Source of the DNA: an uncultured Planctomycetales bacterium
GTDB lineage: Bacteria; 4484-113; JAFGCY01
Direction: 5' to 3'
DNA: 64,000 nt
Assembly (NCBI GenBank): GCA_964609245.1
Contig: CAZSSB010000003.1
Location: 55,854-119,853 of the forward strand
Shown here: positions 48,501 through 58,072 of the stretch, piece by piece
Layout: the number at the start of each line of letters is the position of its first letter
Position numbering within the stretch: position 1 is the stretch's first letter
Notes under the pieces: generated by a model
Seen by the model: the letters and a program-made list of their open reading frames with translations, nothing else
What the model was told of the DNA's origin: nothing
Databases searched by the model: none
Position numbers and translations under genes: made by a program

Positions 48501-49651
48501 TGCGCGGGGTGCTCGATCCGACCGGTGAGATCAACCTGGTATACAGCGACGCCGATGACGCACAGCTGATGCGCGTCTGGGGCGGTGCGGGCAGCTGGCA
48601 GTGGGAGCAGGTGATCGACGACACCAGCTGGCTGGTCGCGGCCCAGGCCTTCGATCTGGGCTGGAACACGACCGCCGACGCGCTGCTGATCGGGATGGCC
48701 AACACCAACTTCGTCGGGCACTCCGCCCTGCTGCTGCGGCTGCCCTCCGGGGCGTATGACCTGCGCAGCTTTGACGATACCGATCCGGGGCTCAATCCGC
48801 AGGTCTCGCTGGGCTACGGCGCCGAGGCGGCGCTGGCCTATACCGAGAACGCCGGCAGCGGTGTCGAGCGCCCCGTCGACTACTACCTGAAGCGCACGAT
48901 CGCGGGCGTCTGGCAACCGGTGGAGCCGCTGGACCAGACCAATCTCTCCGGCCGCGACCTGGATCTGGTGCTGTCGCCGGCGGACGATGCCTCGCCGTGG
49001 GTCGCCCTGCAGCGCGGCGGCGAGAGCACCCCCAACCGCTACACTCCGCAGGAAGGCGAGTGCGTGTACGCCCGGTGGGACAGCGGCGGATCAACCTGGA
49101 GCTTCGATCTGGTGGACGCCGGCGACAACGCACCGGACAGCGATTGCGGCAAGCGCGTCGTGCAGATGGTTGACGACGACGACCGTCCCCGGCTGGCCTA
49201 TCTCGACCTGAACGCCGATCCGGCGGACCCCAGCGGCCAGCTCAAGTACGCCTGGTACGACGCCGGCGACTGGTACATCGAGATCGTGGATAGCTTCCCG
49301 TTGCAGTTCAACTACGCCTCGGACCAGTTCATCTGGCCGGAGCTTGGTCTGGCGCTCTACGAGCCCGGCGGCGGCCAGCAGGCGCTGATCGCCCAGCTGC
49401 AGGTCACCACGGCCCGGACACTCAGTATGCCGCAGCGGGCGGTCCTGGAGGTCTGGGTGCGGCAGGGCGCCGACGACTGGCGGCGCGAGCAGCTGGCGGA
49501 CGAGGAGTGGATCTTCACCGAGGATCGGGCGCCCTGCGTGCTGCTCGTCACCCCCAACGGCAGCTGGCACGTCCTCTACGCCACCACCCATGACCAGCAG
49601 GTAGTGGACGGCGCCGATGCACTCGTGCACTACTGGCGGCCGGCGGCCTAG
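45584..49651 (+). CDS. Large surface lipoprotein: cohesin-like, dockerin-like, FN3, PQQ-type propeller, FN3, second propeller
   Basis: Lipobox VLNAC; [18 protein letters not shown]...[20 protein letters not shown]; NHAPIW...VRWGQALDPDG and PPVW...AHWDHAVDDNG FN3 units; WPYHRFDPARTG PQQ-like start. Confidence 0.8.
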   Translation: MAAALGALVLNACGGSAHDATAVPVAQPTAGPVRVSAQWLRQQPGPRLGEYSFHLLDSDGRALSDWSRVGLSVSAGGQVGHYVVEAAERPTDDIYLYVTYPGADVHVGDARLASGRGGEYVFLSVPGRIRDVLVIGMARIGGRRAAALKPGPLARISFAAGGEQVVRAASRVNEDPRSAAVFGASGGGDWLVADIWWEERNIGDYNNNGLVEVADITPIGVYFDQEVAAADDPALLEIVDGTLDGFVTIHDITPIGQNFDARIDGFRLYAAYTENPDPEDFELFPWEDYSTWPRPELYDATDELARRKRLQYRGNMIPIDDPAGIWTGGKLSLLVRAFADDGGTIEEGPPSNAVELNYSGLPVNHAPIWVEQPGLTAAIGTGEGILVRWGQALDPDGDEIEYVLRYIDGGQAIGLPGTVVLVMPPETTAGGPPYEYYVEGLTRGEEYTLLMKARDELGLESSNSATSLVRVPALGVSADTWPYHRFDPARTGCNAECLLEEPLCEAWTAPLDWPTATEAPNEPLISAEGWIGAPTGDGLFRRYLLESGADHSFEHFYTVDRFRGSLSGGYMAYGEPSSGLVVEQLYGPMWLWPEVGELTGGPLVLGDLVFAAGGSAVVGAEIYYGSEWLFEPGGDSPYTLSPAADEQHLYTVRDDGRVDKLDLLTGDNAATGDLAAIPSGDAVALDSASGRLYVATEDDWLVELSADDLSVLNRWPAGEDDHSMTSPCLVLHSDPPLAVVGHGLYGMIETPGFLHAINLLTGDTEWTRAIRFPFVPQQITAGQSRLFVVSRNGGLFVLDFAGNVRQEVDLQAPMHSSAVLAADRLALVSTDSLRVFEAAADEPPVWVGTEGVRELTTGDGSVTAHWDHAVDDNGEPVHYALYYRAGAAPVFSQPLGDTQLITGIEDNGFGHSYMIDGLDNGTRYYVAVRAYDGRWDDLPNVEQNTNVLAATPPWQREQLVLGGDLPAGEILFMRGVLDPTGEINLVYSDADDAQLMRVWGGAGSWQWEQVIDDTSWLVAAQAFDLGWNTTADALLIGMANTNFVGHSALLLRLPSGAYDLRSFDDTDPGLNPQVSLGYGAEAALAYTENAGSGVERPVDYYLKRTIAGVWQPVEPLDQTNLSGRDLDLVLSPADDASPWVALQRGGESTPNRYTPQEGECVYARWDSGGSTWSFDLVDAGDNAPDSDCGKRVVQMVDDDDRPRLAYLDLNADPADPSGQLKYAWYDAGDWYIEIVDSFPLQFNYASDQFIWPELGLALYEPGGGQQALIAQLQVTTARTLSMPQRAVLEVWVRQGADDWRREQLADEEWIFTEDRAPCVLLVTPNGSWHVLYATTHDQQVVDGADALVHYWRPAA

Positions 49652-49684
49652 CCTGGTCCGAGCGTCCGCGCGCGGTGCCGCCGG

Positions 49685-51391
49685 CTAGTTGACGTTAACT
49701 ACCACGGCATTGCTGACGCGCCGCTGGTTGTCGTAAAGCGTGACGTTGGCTGTCCGCGGATACTCGCAGCGCACGACCAGTTCCGCCCCGCCGGCGCCGG
49801 TGGTGTCGAGCACGCCGGCGAAGGTGTCGATCGCGTATGTTGCGGTGTCAGGGGTGGGCGTCGCGGTCCAGTTGCACCAACTGGTCAGATCCTGGACAAC
49901 CTCGTTGCCGTTGTCCAGCCCGTCCCAGTCGAAGGTGCCCTCGATCGCGAACTGCACGTCATCGCCGTCGTTGGCGGCGATCGGCCCGCTGCCGCCGCCG
50001 CTGCTGAGCGCCAGGTCCTGGATGCTGAGCAGCACGAAGCCCGCCGTTTGCGTCTTGGTGAAGTTGCCCGGGATCTGGGCGGTGACCTCGATCCTGCCGC
50101 GGTTGACGAAGGTCAGCAGCCCCTTGAGGTCGCTGGGATCGCCGCCCTCGGCGTTGCCGACCTTGGCCAGACCGCCGCCGTCGCTGACGTACCAGACCAG
50201 ATGCTCGCTGTCCTCGTAAGTGTTACCGGGATCCTCGACAATCTCCACGGTGGCGGTCAGCTGCAGTGACTCGGGCGCGAACGGCTCGGCGTTGCCGTCG
50301 ATGTCGTCCACCGACCACTCGCTGAGCAGCACGATGTAGTTGCCATCGCCGTCCGTCGGGAGGCCGGACGGCACGTTGATCGCCAGCACCTCGGTCGGCG
50401 TGAACGTCGGGTTCGCCGCCTCGATCAGCACGCCGTAGTCGCTGGGGTAGGCGCTCAGTGCGCCGTCGCGGTCGTAGGCGTGGACCCAGAAGCGCGTATC
50501 CTCGGCCAGCTCTGTGCTGCCGGTCCAGGTCCAGCGCAGTTCGCCATCGATGGTGGTCGGCGCGGTCGGGAACATCGCGACGCGGTCGAAGCGGACGAGT
50601 TCGGTCAGACTGCCGGCGCTCTCGCCGGTCATGATCGCGTAGCCGCCCAGCGTGACGTCGAGCTGCTGGCTGATGACCGTGATGTCCGAAACACCCACCT
50701 CGCCGTCGCGGTTGTAGTCGGCATCGCGTGCCTGCTTGTCCGCGTCGCCGGTCGCGGCCGGCGTGGCGCCGAACTGCTGGCCGATCTGGGTGTAGTCGCT
50801 GACCGTCACCTGCCCGTCGTTACTGCCGTCGGCGACCAGCCGCTCGACCCAGGTCAACTGCGGGTAATCGTCTTCAGTCAGGTCGCCGCTGAGCGAGGAA
50901 TCGATGTGGTTGTAGACGCCATCCGGACCCCGCAGGACCTGCTTGGTCACCTCGGAGGCGCCGGCGGCGAACCGCAGGCGGCACAGCTCCTGGGTGCCCG
51001 ATACGCCCTCGCGCTCGCCGAAGCGTGGCAGCAGCCAGCCGACCTCGACCACGCCCTGGTCGGGCCGGTCGATGCACAGCACCATCCCGTCCTCCAGCCG
51101 CTCGGCCGCGGTCTCCCCGGCCGCGAAGTGCAGCGCCGCGGGATCGTAGGCGACCCGGGCGTAGAGCACCTTCGCGTTGACGAGCTCGGTCGCCGAGAGG
51201 GTCAGCTCCGTGCTCTCGCCGGTCAGCTCCAGCCCGCCGACGCCGTCCGCGATGCTGTGCTCACGGTCGAGCTGCGCACTCAGACGCGGGGCGTCCAGGG
51301 TCTGGTTCTCGTTCAGCGTGTCGGCGCAGGCCGACAGCGCCAGAGCGGCCAGGCCGCTCACCAGCACGGTAATCGCCAGGTTCTTCAGCAT
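49685..51391 (-). CDS. Surface lipoprotein: cohesin-like + dockerin-like + Ig-like domains
   Basis: Lipobox LSAC; VLYARVAYDP...ELCRLRFAAG cohesin-like segment; ADGSNDGQVTVSD...ADYNRDGEVGVSD duplicated Ca-binding loops. Confidence 0.75.
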   Translation of the reverse strand: MLKNLAITVLVSGLAALALSACADTLNENQTLDAPRLSAQLDREHSIADGVGGLELTGESTELTLSATELVNAKVLYARVAYDPAALHFAAGETAAERLEDGMVLCIDRPDQGVVEVGWLLPRFGEREGVSGTQELCRLRFAAGASEVTKQVLRGPDGVYNHIDSSLSGDLTEDDYPQLTWVERLVADGSNDGQVTVSDYTQIGQQFGATPAATGDADKQARDADYNRDGEVGVSDITVISQQLDVTLGGYAIMTGESAGSLTELVRFDRVAMFPTAPTTIDGELRWTWTGSTELAEDTRFWVHAYDRDGALSAYPSDYGVLIEAANPTFTPTEVLAINVPSGLPTDGDGNYIVLLSEWSVDDIDGNAEPFAPESLQLTATVEIVEDPGNTYEDSEHLVWYVSDGGGLAKVGNAEGGDPSDLKGLLTFVNRGRIEVTAQIPGNFTKTQTAGFVLLSIQDLALSSGGGSGPIAANDGDDVQFAIEGTFDWDGLDNGNEVVQDLTSWCNWTATPTPDTATYAIDTFAGVLDTTGAGGAELVVRCEYPRTANVTLYDNQRRVSNAVVVNVN

Positions 51392-51470
51392 GATGCACCC
51401 GGTAGTTGATATCTGGATTGATGACAGCGAATAATCCTATTAACTATACCCGATGGCCGCCCTAGCGCGC

Positions 51471-52748
51471 CTAGCTGCCCGGCGTCGGGGCCAGCAGACC
51501 CAGCACGGCCTCCACCGCCCGCTGGGCGGCTCCGCGGTTGGCCAGCGTAGCTTCGCGCGCGGCGGCGCCGATGCGGGCGGCGGCCGCCGGCTGGCCAAGC
51601 AGGCGGGTCAATTCGGCGGCAAGCGCTTCGCTATCCCGGACCTCGACGATGCCGCCAACCTGCCTGAGCAGTTCCAGCTGGGCGGTGATCGAGAAGGTGT
51701 GCGGCCCGACGAGCACCGGCTTGCCCAGCACGGTGGCCTCCAGGATGTTGTGGCCGCCGACTTGGCGGCTGAAGGTACCGCCCATCACCACCACGTCTGC
51801 CAGCCGGTAAGTGTCCGTCAGCACGCCGTAGCGGTCCACCACCAGCACGTCCCAGGGCTCGGCTGCCGGCAGGTCCTTCAGCAGGACGGCGCCGAGTCCC
51901 TGCTGGGCGGCCAGCTTCGCCACCTCCGCGGCGCGCTCGACGTGGCGGGGGGCGACAATCAGGCGCAGCCGACCGCCGGCCAGCGAAGCCGGAGCGCCGC
52001 CCAGGGTCCTCAGCAGCAGTTCCTCTTCCCCAGGGTGCGTGCTGCCCGCCACGATCACGCGCTCATCGCCGAGGCCGAAGTGCACCCGGGCCGCGCCCAG
52101 CAACTCTCCGTCCCAGTCCTTGAGCTCGAAGTCGAACTTGGTGTTGCCGCTGACGGTCAGCTTGTCAGGTCTCAGCCCGAACTTCAGGAAGTTGACGCGC
52201 TGCTGCTCGCTCTGGCAGACGACCAGGTCCACCAGTTCGTAGAGCCGCTGGTGCAGGGCGGCGCGCCAGCCGTGCTTGTTATGCAGGTAGATTCGCGCGT
52301 TGACCAGCGCCACCGGAATCTTGCGCTGGCGGCAGCCGGTCATGATGTTGGGCCACAGCTCGGCCTCGGTGGTGACGTAGAGGTCGGGCTTCAGCCGGTC
52401 CAGATAGCGCCGGACGATGAATGGCAGGTCGATCAGCGGGAAGTAGGCCAGCAGCGCCAGCTGGTCGCCCAGCTTCTCCCTGGCCATCGTCTGGCCGCTC
52501 TCGGTGGTGGTCAGCAGCGCTATCTGCGCGTCCGGCCGCTGCCGGAGCAGTTCGGTGACGAAGGGGGTGATCGCCACCACCTCGCCGGCGCTGACGGCGT
52601 TGATCAGGACGCGCGGACCGGCGGCCCTGGGGTCATAGCGGCCCAGTTCGAAGCGCCCCAGCCGCCGGCCGATGGTGCCGCGAAAGGGCGGATAGAGGTA
52701 GAGGGCCGGCCAGCCAAGTGTGATCAGCGTGTTCCACAGCGGCAGCAC
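51471..52748 (-). CDS. kdtA: 3-deoxy-D-manno-octulosonic acid transferase
   Basis: INAVSAGEV, TTTTESG, ELWPN, LVNARI, SGNTKFD, AGSTHPGEE, PRHVER, GGHNILE. GTG 52748 is 7 nt after TATAAT. Confidence 0.95.
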   Translation of the reverse strand: MLPLWNTLITLGWPALYLYPPFRGTIGRRLGRFELGRYDPRAAGPRVLINAVSAGEVVAITPFVTELLRQRPDAQIALLTTTESGQTMAREKLGDQLALLAYFPLIDLPFIVRRYLDRLKPDLYVTTEAELWPNIMTGCRQRKIPVALVNARIYLHNKHGWRAALHQRLYELVDLVVCQSEQQRVNFLKFGLRPDKLTVSGNTKFDFELKDWDGELLGAARVHFGLGDERVIVAGSTHPGEEELLLRTLGGAPASLAGGRLRLIVAPRHVERAAEVAKLAAQQGLGAVLLKDLPAAEPWDVLVVDRYGVLTDTYRLADVVVMGGTFSRQVGGHNILEATVLGKPVLVGPHTFSITAQLELLRQVGGIVEVRDSEALAAELTRLLGQPAAAARIGAAAREATLANRGAAQRAVEAVLGLLAPTPGS

Positions 52749-52821
52749 GGGCTCGATTATAGCCCCGTGCAGCAACCTTGGGCCGCGACCTGCGGTGCCC
52801 GGGCGCGAAATAGCGGCTTGC

Positions 52822-53526
52822 TCAGAATCCCACCATGCTCACGCGGCGGCAGTCGTTGCTGCGCGCGATCAGCGCAATCTGGGCGTGGCGGCCCATTGCC
52901 ACCTGCTGAGCCTGGGACTCGGCGGCGCGCCAGGCTGCGACCACCTTGCGCTCCTCGGCTTCGGTCCGGCCCAGCACGGAGTACGCCAGCATCTCGCGCA
53001 CGCTGACGCGGAAGGGCAGCAGCGGCTGCGTGATGGTGTAAGGCGTGCCGTTCAGTTCCGGCACCCGCTGCATCACGTCGCGCAGCCAGTCGTTGGCCTC
53101 GGTGTAGCTGACGCCGATAATCCCCAGCTGCAAGAAGTAGCTATCGTCCGAGCCCTGCCGGTAGTCCACGATCAGGCTGTGACCCCCATGGTCCGCCAGC
53201 GCCTCGGCGTGGTTGGCGAAGACGCCGACCCAGTGCGGATAGGCGGCCGGCACGAAGCTGTCCGGCGCCTGGATGGTGATCAGCTGGCCGTCGTCCCAGC
53301 CGATGACGGGCGCCCCGCTGGCCCAGCCTCCCAGCGCCAGCAGGCCGGTGATGAACGCCAGCACCTTGATCGCAGTGCTCACGCGGCGGCGCCTGGGCCG
53401 GCGCTCGAGGCTGCGCTCCAGCCTGAGGCGGGCGATCACGGGATCGGCCTGGCCGGTCAGGCGGTCGAACACGCTCTGGATCAGCTGTTCGGCGTTGTTA
53501 TCCGGTCTGGTGTTGAACTCACTCAT
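52822..53526 (-). CDS. Putative transmembrane anti-sigma factor
   Basis: Overlaps the ECF sigma stop; ~50 aa cytoplasmic N-terminus, one TM, periplasmic domain. Confidence 0.6.
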   Translation of the reverse strand: MSEFNTRPDNNAEQLIQSVFDRLTGQADPVIARLRLERSLERRPRRRRVSTAIKVLAFITGLLALGGWASGAPVIGWDDGQLITIQAPDSFVPAAYPHWVGVFANHAEALADHGGHSLIVDYRQGSDDSYFLQLGIIGVSYTEANDWLRDVMQRVPELNGTPYTITQPLLPFRVSVREMLAYSVLGRTEAEERKVVAAWRAAESQAQQVAMGRHAQIALIARSNDCRRVSMVGF

Positions 53527-54196
53527 GGTTGGTCACTCCCGGTGCCGGGATGTTAAGAAAGGACAGCGCGCCCTCGGGCAGCATCGCCCTCAGTTTGCGC
53601 CGCGCACGGTAGGCCAGCTGAATCACCGCCCGCTGGCTGATGCGCTGGATGCGCGCCACTTCCTCCGGAGTGAATCCGGCGGGCCCCAGCAGCAGAATCA
53701 CGTCGCGCTCACGCGCGCTGAGCCGTCCCAGCAGCTCCCTGACCAGAGTAAGTTGGTAGCCGAGCTCGGCGGGATCGCCGCTTACGCTCGCTGTGGCTTC
53801 CAGAATACTGTGCGAACTGCCCAGCTCGGCTACCAACTTGAACGGTCGCAACCGCCAGCGGTTGCGAAGGTTCCTGAAGCGGTTCAGGAGGATTGCAAAG
53901 AACCACTCGCGGAAGCGTTCGCGGTTCCGGAGTGTGTCAAACCGCGAGTAGGCTGAAAGCACCGCATCCTGGACCAGGTCCTCGCCGTCCATCAGGCTTC
54001 CACTGATCGACTGCGCATAGGCCAGGGCTCTGGGGTAGACGGGCATCAGCAGGCTGAGAAACTCATCCCGGTGGTTGCTCTCCAGAACTGCGCCGCCAGC
54101 TGTCCTCGAACCTCCATCCTCGGATCGCTGGCCGTGCGCCGGCTTCTCGCCCCGCCGAGTGCCCTTCTTCCCTGCGGATGTGTGCTTATCGCCCAC
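53519..54196 (-). CDS. ECF-type sigma-70 factor
   Basis: DGEDLVQDAVLSAY...FREWFFAILLNRFRN (region 2); LSARERDVILL...FTPEEVA (region 4). Confidence 0.9.
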   Translation of the reverse strand: MGDKHTSAGKKGTRRGEKPAHGQRSEDGGSRTAGGAVLESNHRDEFLSLLMPVYPRALAYAQSISGSLMDGEDLVQDAVLSAYSRFDTLRNRERFREWFFAILLNRFRNLRNRWRLRPFKLVAELGSSHSILEATASVSGDPAELGYQLTLVRELLGRLSARERDVILLLGPAGFTPEEVARIQRISQRAVIQLAYRARRKLRAMLPEGALSFLNIPAPGVTNHE

Positions 54197-54340
54197 TACT
54201 TACGGTGACAATCCTTCAAGTTGGTAGTAACGCCGGGTCACAGTAATTGTAACGAACACTCTGACTGCCGGGCTAAACATCTGTTCCAGTGCCGCGCCGG
54301 ACACAGCTGCCGGTCCTCTGCCAAGAGCTGGCGATGTGCC

Positions 54341-54390
54341 GATAATACGTTATCATTTCAACAGATGGATCTCGCGGGGAGGTGGGCGCG
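54341..54390 (+). repeat. Promoter/RBS block duplicated at 58023-58072
   Basis: GATAATxCGxTATCATTTCAxCAGxTGGAxCTCGCGGGGAGGTGGGCGCG precedes both ATG 54391 and ATG 58073. Confidence 0.85.
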
Positions 54391-57300
54391 ATGCGCGCTT
54401 ACGCTGTGCTGATGACGTTGACCCGCGCAGCCGTGTTGATGCTCGTAATTGCTGGTGCTACTGGTTGCGGAGGCGGTAGGAGTGGTGCGGTGGACATGGC
54501 GGCCGAACAGCTGGCCGCTGCGCCGCTGAAAGAGAGTCCCGGGCTGGATGATGCGACAGAAGGCATGCGTGCCGAGTCACTGGCTGAAGCGCTTCAGCAG
54601 GTGGAGTCCGCGCAGGCTCCGGCGGGCGTTGATCCGGCGCTGTACGCCGAGCTGCAGGCCGAGCTGGTCCGGGTGATCAGAGAGGCGGCGGAGAAGGGCG
54701 CCTCGATTCCGCCCTCGGGCGAGAAGAACGAGGTGACGGACCTGCTGCTGATGGGCGATGACGGCGAGGGCTACACGCTGGAGTGGAGCTACTGCAACGT
54801 CGGGGATTACAACCTCGACGGCCTGGTGGGGGTCAGCGATCTGACGCCGGTGGGGATGTACTTCGAGTGCGCCACGGGCGATCCGGACTGGCCCGACGGC
54901 CGGATGGCGGACGGCAACGAGGATGGCATGGTGACGGTGGCGGACATCACGCCGATCGGGCAGAACTACGATGCGTTCATCGCCGGCTTCAACATCTACG
55001 GAGGCAGCTCGGTCACCGGGCCCTGGACGCTGGTCGATGCGCTGGACCGGCCGGCGCCGCCGGAGGATGGCTGGTTTCTGGTCAGCTACGACCTCGGTGC
55101 GGGGGGCCACGATGTTTACCGCGTGGTGCCCTACGACGGTGACGGCGTAGAGGGCCAGGGCAGCACGGCCAGCGCGATCTGCGCCAACGGCGCGCAGGTG
55201 ACCTTTGGCGACTACTTCGAGGATGCCAGCGCCACCATCGGTGCCGCTGGCGGTGAGTTGCACGGCCTGGCCGGCTCGCCGCTGGAAGGGGTGGAGGTGC
55301 ACTTCCCGGAGGGCGCCCTGCCGGAGGACACGCTGGTCACGCTGGGCTACAACGACGGCTCGATCACGCCGGTCGAGGGCGAGTTCCACGGCCCGCTGCT
55401 GTCACTTACGGCGGGCGACCTGACCTCGTTTGAGGAGCCGGTGGAGATCGTGATGCCGTTCGACGGCGATGAGGAGACCGTGCCCGTGCCGTTCTGCGTC
55501 TACGAGGATGGCAGCCTGGGACTGATGCAGCTGGTGGACGTGGACTACGAAGCGGACACGATGACGCTGATGACCATGCATCCGACCTCACGCGATGCAC
55601 ACGCTACATCTGATGTCTCGCCCGTGGACGATGCTTTTCTGGGCGCGTTAATTGGCGCTATCTACGAGCGCTTCGAGAGCGCAAATGTAGTCGTACCGCA
55701 CGTGACATCGTTCAGGCCGGAGCGGGATGGATTCTCTTTCAGTGAGAATGCCAGCAGCACAACGGCAAAGGGCATGTGCGCCTTTGCTCTTTGGTACTGG
55801 ACTCACCATCGCAATGACGGCCGGTTTTACGGTCGGTTCTCCGAGTACAGCCAGGAACCGCCCGCGGGCGGTGATAACGGATTCGTGCCTAAGACAGTTG
55901 AAGAGATAATCGCTTCGCGGGCCACGATATCAGTGGTGCAGCAATGGGACAAGTACGAGGCCAACTGCGCCGCAGAGCATGATGCTGGTCCCACTGCCAA
56001 TTGTGCGATCGCTCGTTGTGCGATACTGAACACGCGACATCCCGTCTGGACACAGATTACTCTCCTTGGGGAGGATGTGTACGGGCAGCATTGCCTGATA
56101 TACGGCTTCGATGACAGCCACTACTTCTTCTATCTGCCTGACAGTCCTGGCGAAGAGAGGTGGTGCTACTCCTACCGTGCGACCCCATGGTATGTTGCAG
56201 GTCCTGACTCCCTTGCCATGACTGAGTCCTTCGAGAACATCCTCACTGACGCTGAGCACAACTTCGACTACGGCTACGGCAGAGCGGTGATCAATATCGA
56301 TTCACACTACGAGGGTGAGGTAGTGAACCACGACAAGGCAACTCTCGCCGGCGTGGTCGAAAGCGGCGACTTGCTGGTTGACAAGCTGATCATCATCAAC
56401 GAGAGCATGGGACACCAGATGTACAACCTGGTGCTGGATGAAACCGGTGTGTTCTCGCAGGAAATCCAATTGGGTGTCGGCACAAACAACCTCGACTTCA
56501 AGTGCTGGGGGAAAGCTGAGGACAGCCAGAGGGTGCCGATACCGTGGGTGCTTGACATCCGCGAGGATGAAGATGTGTACAAGCGCCTTTACCATGGAAT
56601 CAAGCTAGAGTGCATGATCAACCCGATTGAGATCACGATCATTAACTACTTCGACGAGGAGGAGGTAACGGACGAGAAGGTCTTCCTTGAGGGCCAGCTT
56701 GATGAGGGAGCGTATGATGTGACACGCCTGCTGGCTTTTAGCTTCTCCGAGACTAGGATTCCCCTGCCCGGTCGCCTGGTAACAATTGAACCGGACAACA
56801 GCTTCACTCTGGGCGTACCGTTGGACCCCGGTGAGAATGAGATCAAGTTCCAGACGTCGGCGCAGCTTGACACAGGCAAAACCGTGATTGTGGAAAACAA
56901 CTACCAAAACGAGCCGTTCACCATCATCCGTACGGTCGCGCCAGCCACGCTCACGATCACCTCGCACACCAGCGGCGATACGGTGCAGGACCGCAGCGTT
57001 CTGTTGAAAGGAACCTACAGCGAAGGCGGCGCGCCGCTGGACAGGCTGGCGGTACTGGTCAACTACGAGGATGAGCACAGTGTGGACCTGGACGGTAGCG
57101 GGGGATTCGAGATCAGCATCCCGCTGTGCTTCGGCGACAACTACTTGCTGTTCAGGCTGCTCAGCGAGAACAGTGAAGGCCAGCTGATCGAAGTGCCCAG
57201 CAACATGAAGGATGTGCTCTTCACATTGGATGCCAACTTCGAGCGCTACGTTATCTGGGCGGAGCTGACCTGGCCGTTTGTCGACGAATACATGATCTAC

Positions 57301-57744
57301 AACCCGGATACGCTTAACGAGCCTGATGGTAAGAGCGATCACAACTTCGATCTGATGGTGTACGAGCCAGGCGGACGTACCTATGGGCCGGGGGGGAGCA
57401 ACGACCTGAAGGGCTTTGTCGGCCAGGCCGGCACGTATCCCAATTATCACCCGAAGTACTTCATTCGTGATGATGACGGTGTTGAGTATGGTTCAGAGTA
57501 CCGCTTCCGCGTGTACTACCAGTGGGCCGCGTACATCTCCTACTACCCGAGCTCACCCGGTACGGTTGAGTTGCCGATGGACTTCACGCTGACGGTTACC
57601 GTCAACGAAGGCCAACCCCATGAGTACACAGAGGTGTTCACAGGAACGCTGACTTATCCGTTGGGAACCAGTGAGGACTGGGTGATCGACGGAACTGGGC
57701 CGCAGATCTCGGAGTACTTCTCGGTGACGCCGACTCTGCAGTAG
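54391..57744 (+). CDS. Surface lipoprotein: dockerin-in-FN3, ZU5-like, degenerate papain-like domain, Ig repeats, YfaP-like C-terminus
   Basis: GGAGG RBS; lipobox ATGC; [16 protein letters not shown]...ADGNEDGMVTVADITP; VHFPEGALPEDTLVTL; AELTW...FDLMVYEPGG. Confidence 0.8.
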   Translation: MRAYAVLMTLTRAAVLMLVIAGATGCGGGRSGAVDMAAEQLAAAPLKESPGLDDATEGMRAESLAEALQQVESAQAPAGVDPALYAELQAELVRVIREAAEKGASIPPSGEKNEVTDLLLMGDDGEGYTLEWSYCNVGDYNLDGLVGVSDLTPVGMYFECATGDPDWPDGRMADGNEDGMVTVADITPIGQNYDAFIAGFNIYGGSSVTGPWTLVDALDRPAPPEDGWFLVSYDLGAGGHDVYRVVPYDGDGVEGQGSTASAICANGAQVTFGDYFEDASATIGAAGGELHGLAGSPLEGVEVHFPEGALPEDTLVTLGYNDGSITPVEGEFHGPLLSLTAGDLTSFEEPVEIVMPFDGDEETVPVPFCVYEDGSLGLMQLVDVDYEADTMTLMTMHPTSRDAHATSDVSPVDDAFLGALIGAIYERFESANVVVPHVTSFRPERDGFSFSENASSTTAKGMCAFALWYWTHHRNDGRFYGRFSEYSQEPPAGGDNGFVPKTVEEIIASRATISVVQQWDKYEANCAAEHDAGPTANCAIARCAILNTRHPVWTQITLLGEDVYGQHCLIYGFDDSHYFFYLPDSPGEERWCYSYRATPWYVAGPDSLAMTESFENILTDAEHNFDYGYGRAVINIDSHYEGEVVNHDKATLAGVVESGDLLVDKLIIINESMGHQMYNLVLDETGVFSQEIQLGVGTNNLDFKCWGKAEDSQRVPIPWVLDIREDEDVYKRLYHGIKLECMINPIEITIINYFDEEEVTDEKVFLEGQLDEGAYDVTRLLAFSFSETRIPLPGRLVTIEPDNSFTLGVPLDPGENEIKFQTSAQLDTGKTVIVENNYQNEPFTIIRTVAPATLTITSHTSGDTVQDRSVLLKGTYSEGGAPLDRLAVLVNYEDEHSVDLDGSGGFEISIPLCFGDNYLLFRLLSENSEGQLIEVPSNMKDVLFTLDANFERYVIWAELTWPFVDEYMIYNPDTLNEPDGKSDHNFDLMVYEPGGRTYGPGGSNDLKGFVGQAGTYPNYHPKYFIRDDDGVEYGSEYRFRVYYQWAAYISYYPSSPGTVELPMDFTLTVTVNEGQPHEYTEVFTGTLTYPLGTSEDWVIDGTGPQISEYFSVTPTLQ

Positions 57745-57816
57745 GTTCTCTTCTTCACGTAAAGCGGGGCTGGTGCGGGACAACAGCTTAGCGGCTCAGT
57801 TCGCGGGGCCGACTGC

Positions 57817-58010
57817 CTAGTCCGTCTTGCCCCGGACCGCGCGGCCCAGCACCTGGCGGGCGATGACCATGCGCTGAATCTCGCTGGTGCCCTCGCCGAT
57901 CGTGCACAGCTTGGCGTCGCGCCACATCCGCTCCACCTCGTACTCCCGCGTATAGCCGTAGCCGTCGTGCAGCTGCACCGCCAGTTCGGTGATGCGCATC
58001 GCCACCTCGC
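57817..58010 (-). pseudogene. Displaced 3' fragment (~195 bp) of the acyl-CoA dehydrogenase gene
   Basis: Encodes [63 protein letters not shown], nearly identical to the C-terminus of the gene ending at 63186. Confidence 0.92.
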
Positions 58011-58072
58011 CGGCGAAACATAGATAATGCGCTATCATTTCAGCAGGTGGAACTCGCGGGGAGGTGGGCGCG

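Noticed and set aside
57817-58038. 73-aa ORF as a functional small protein
   Set aside because: It is a displaced ACAD C-terminal fragment whose start comes from the antisense of the neighbouring promoter.
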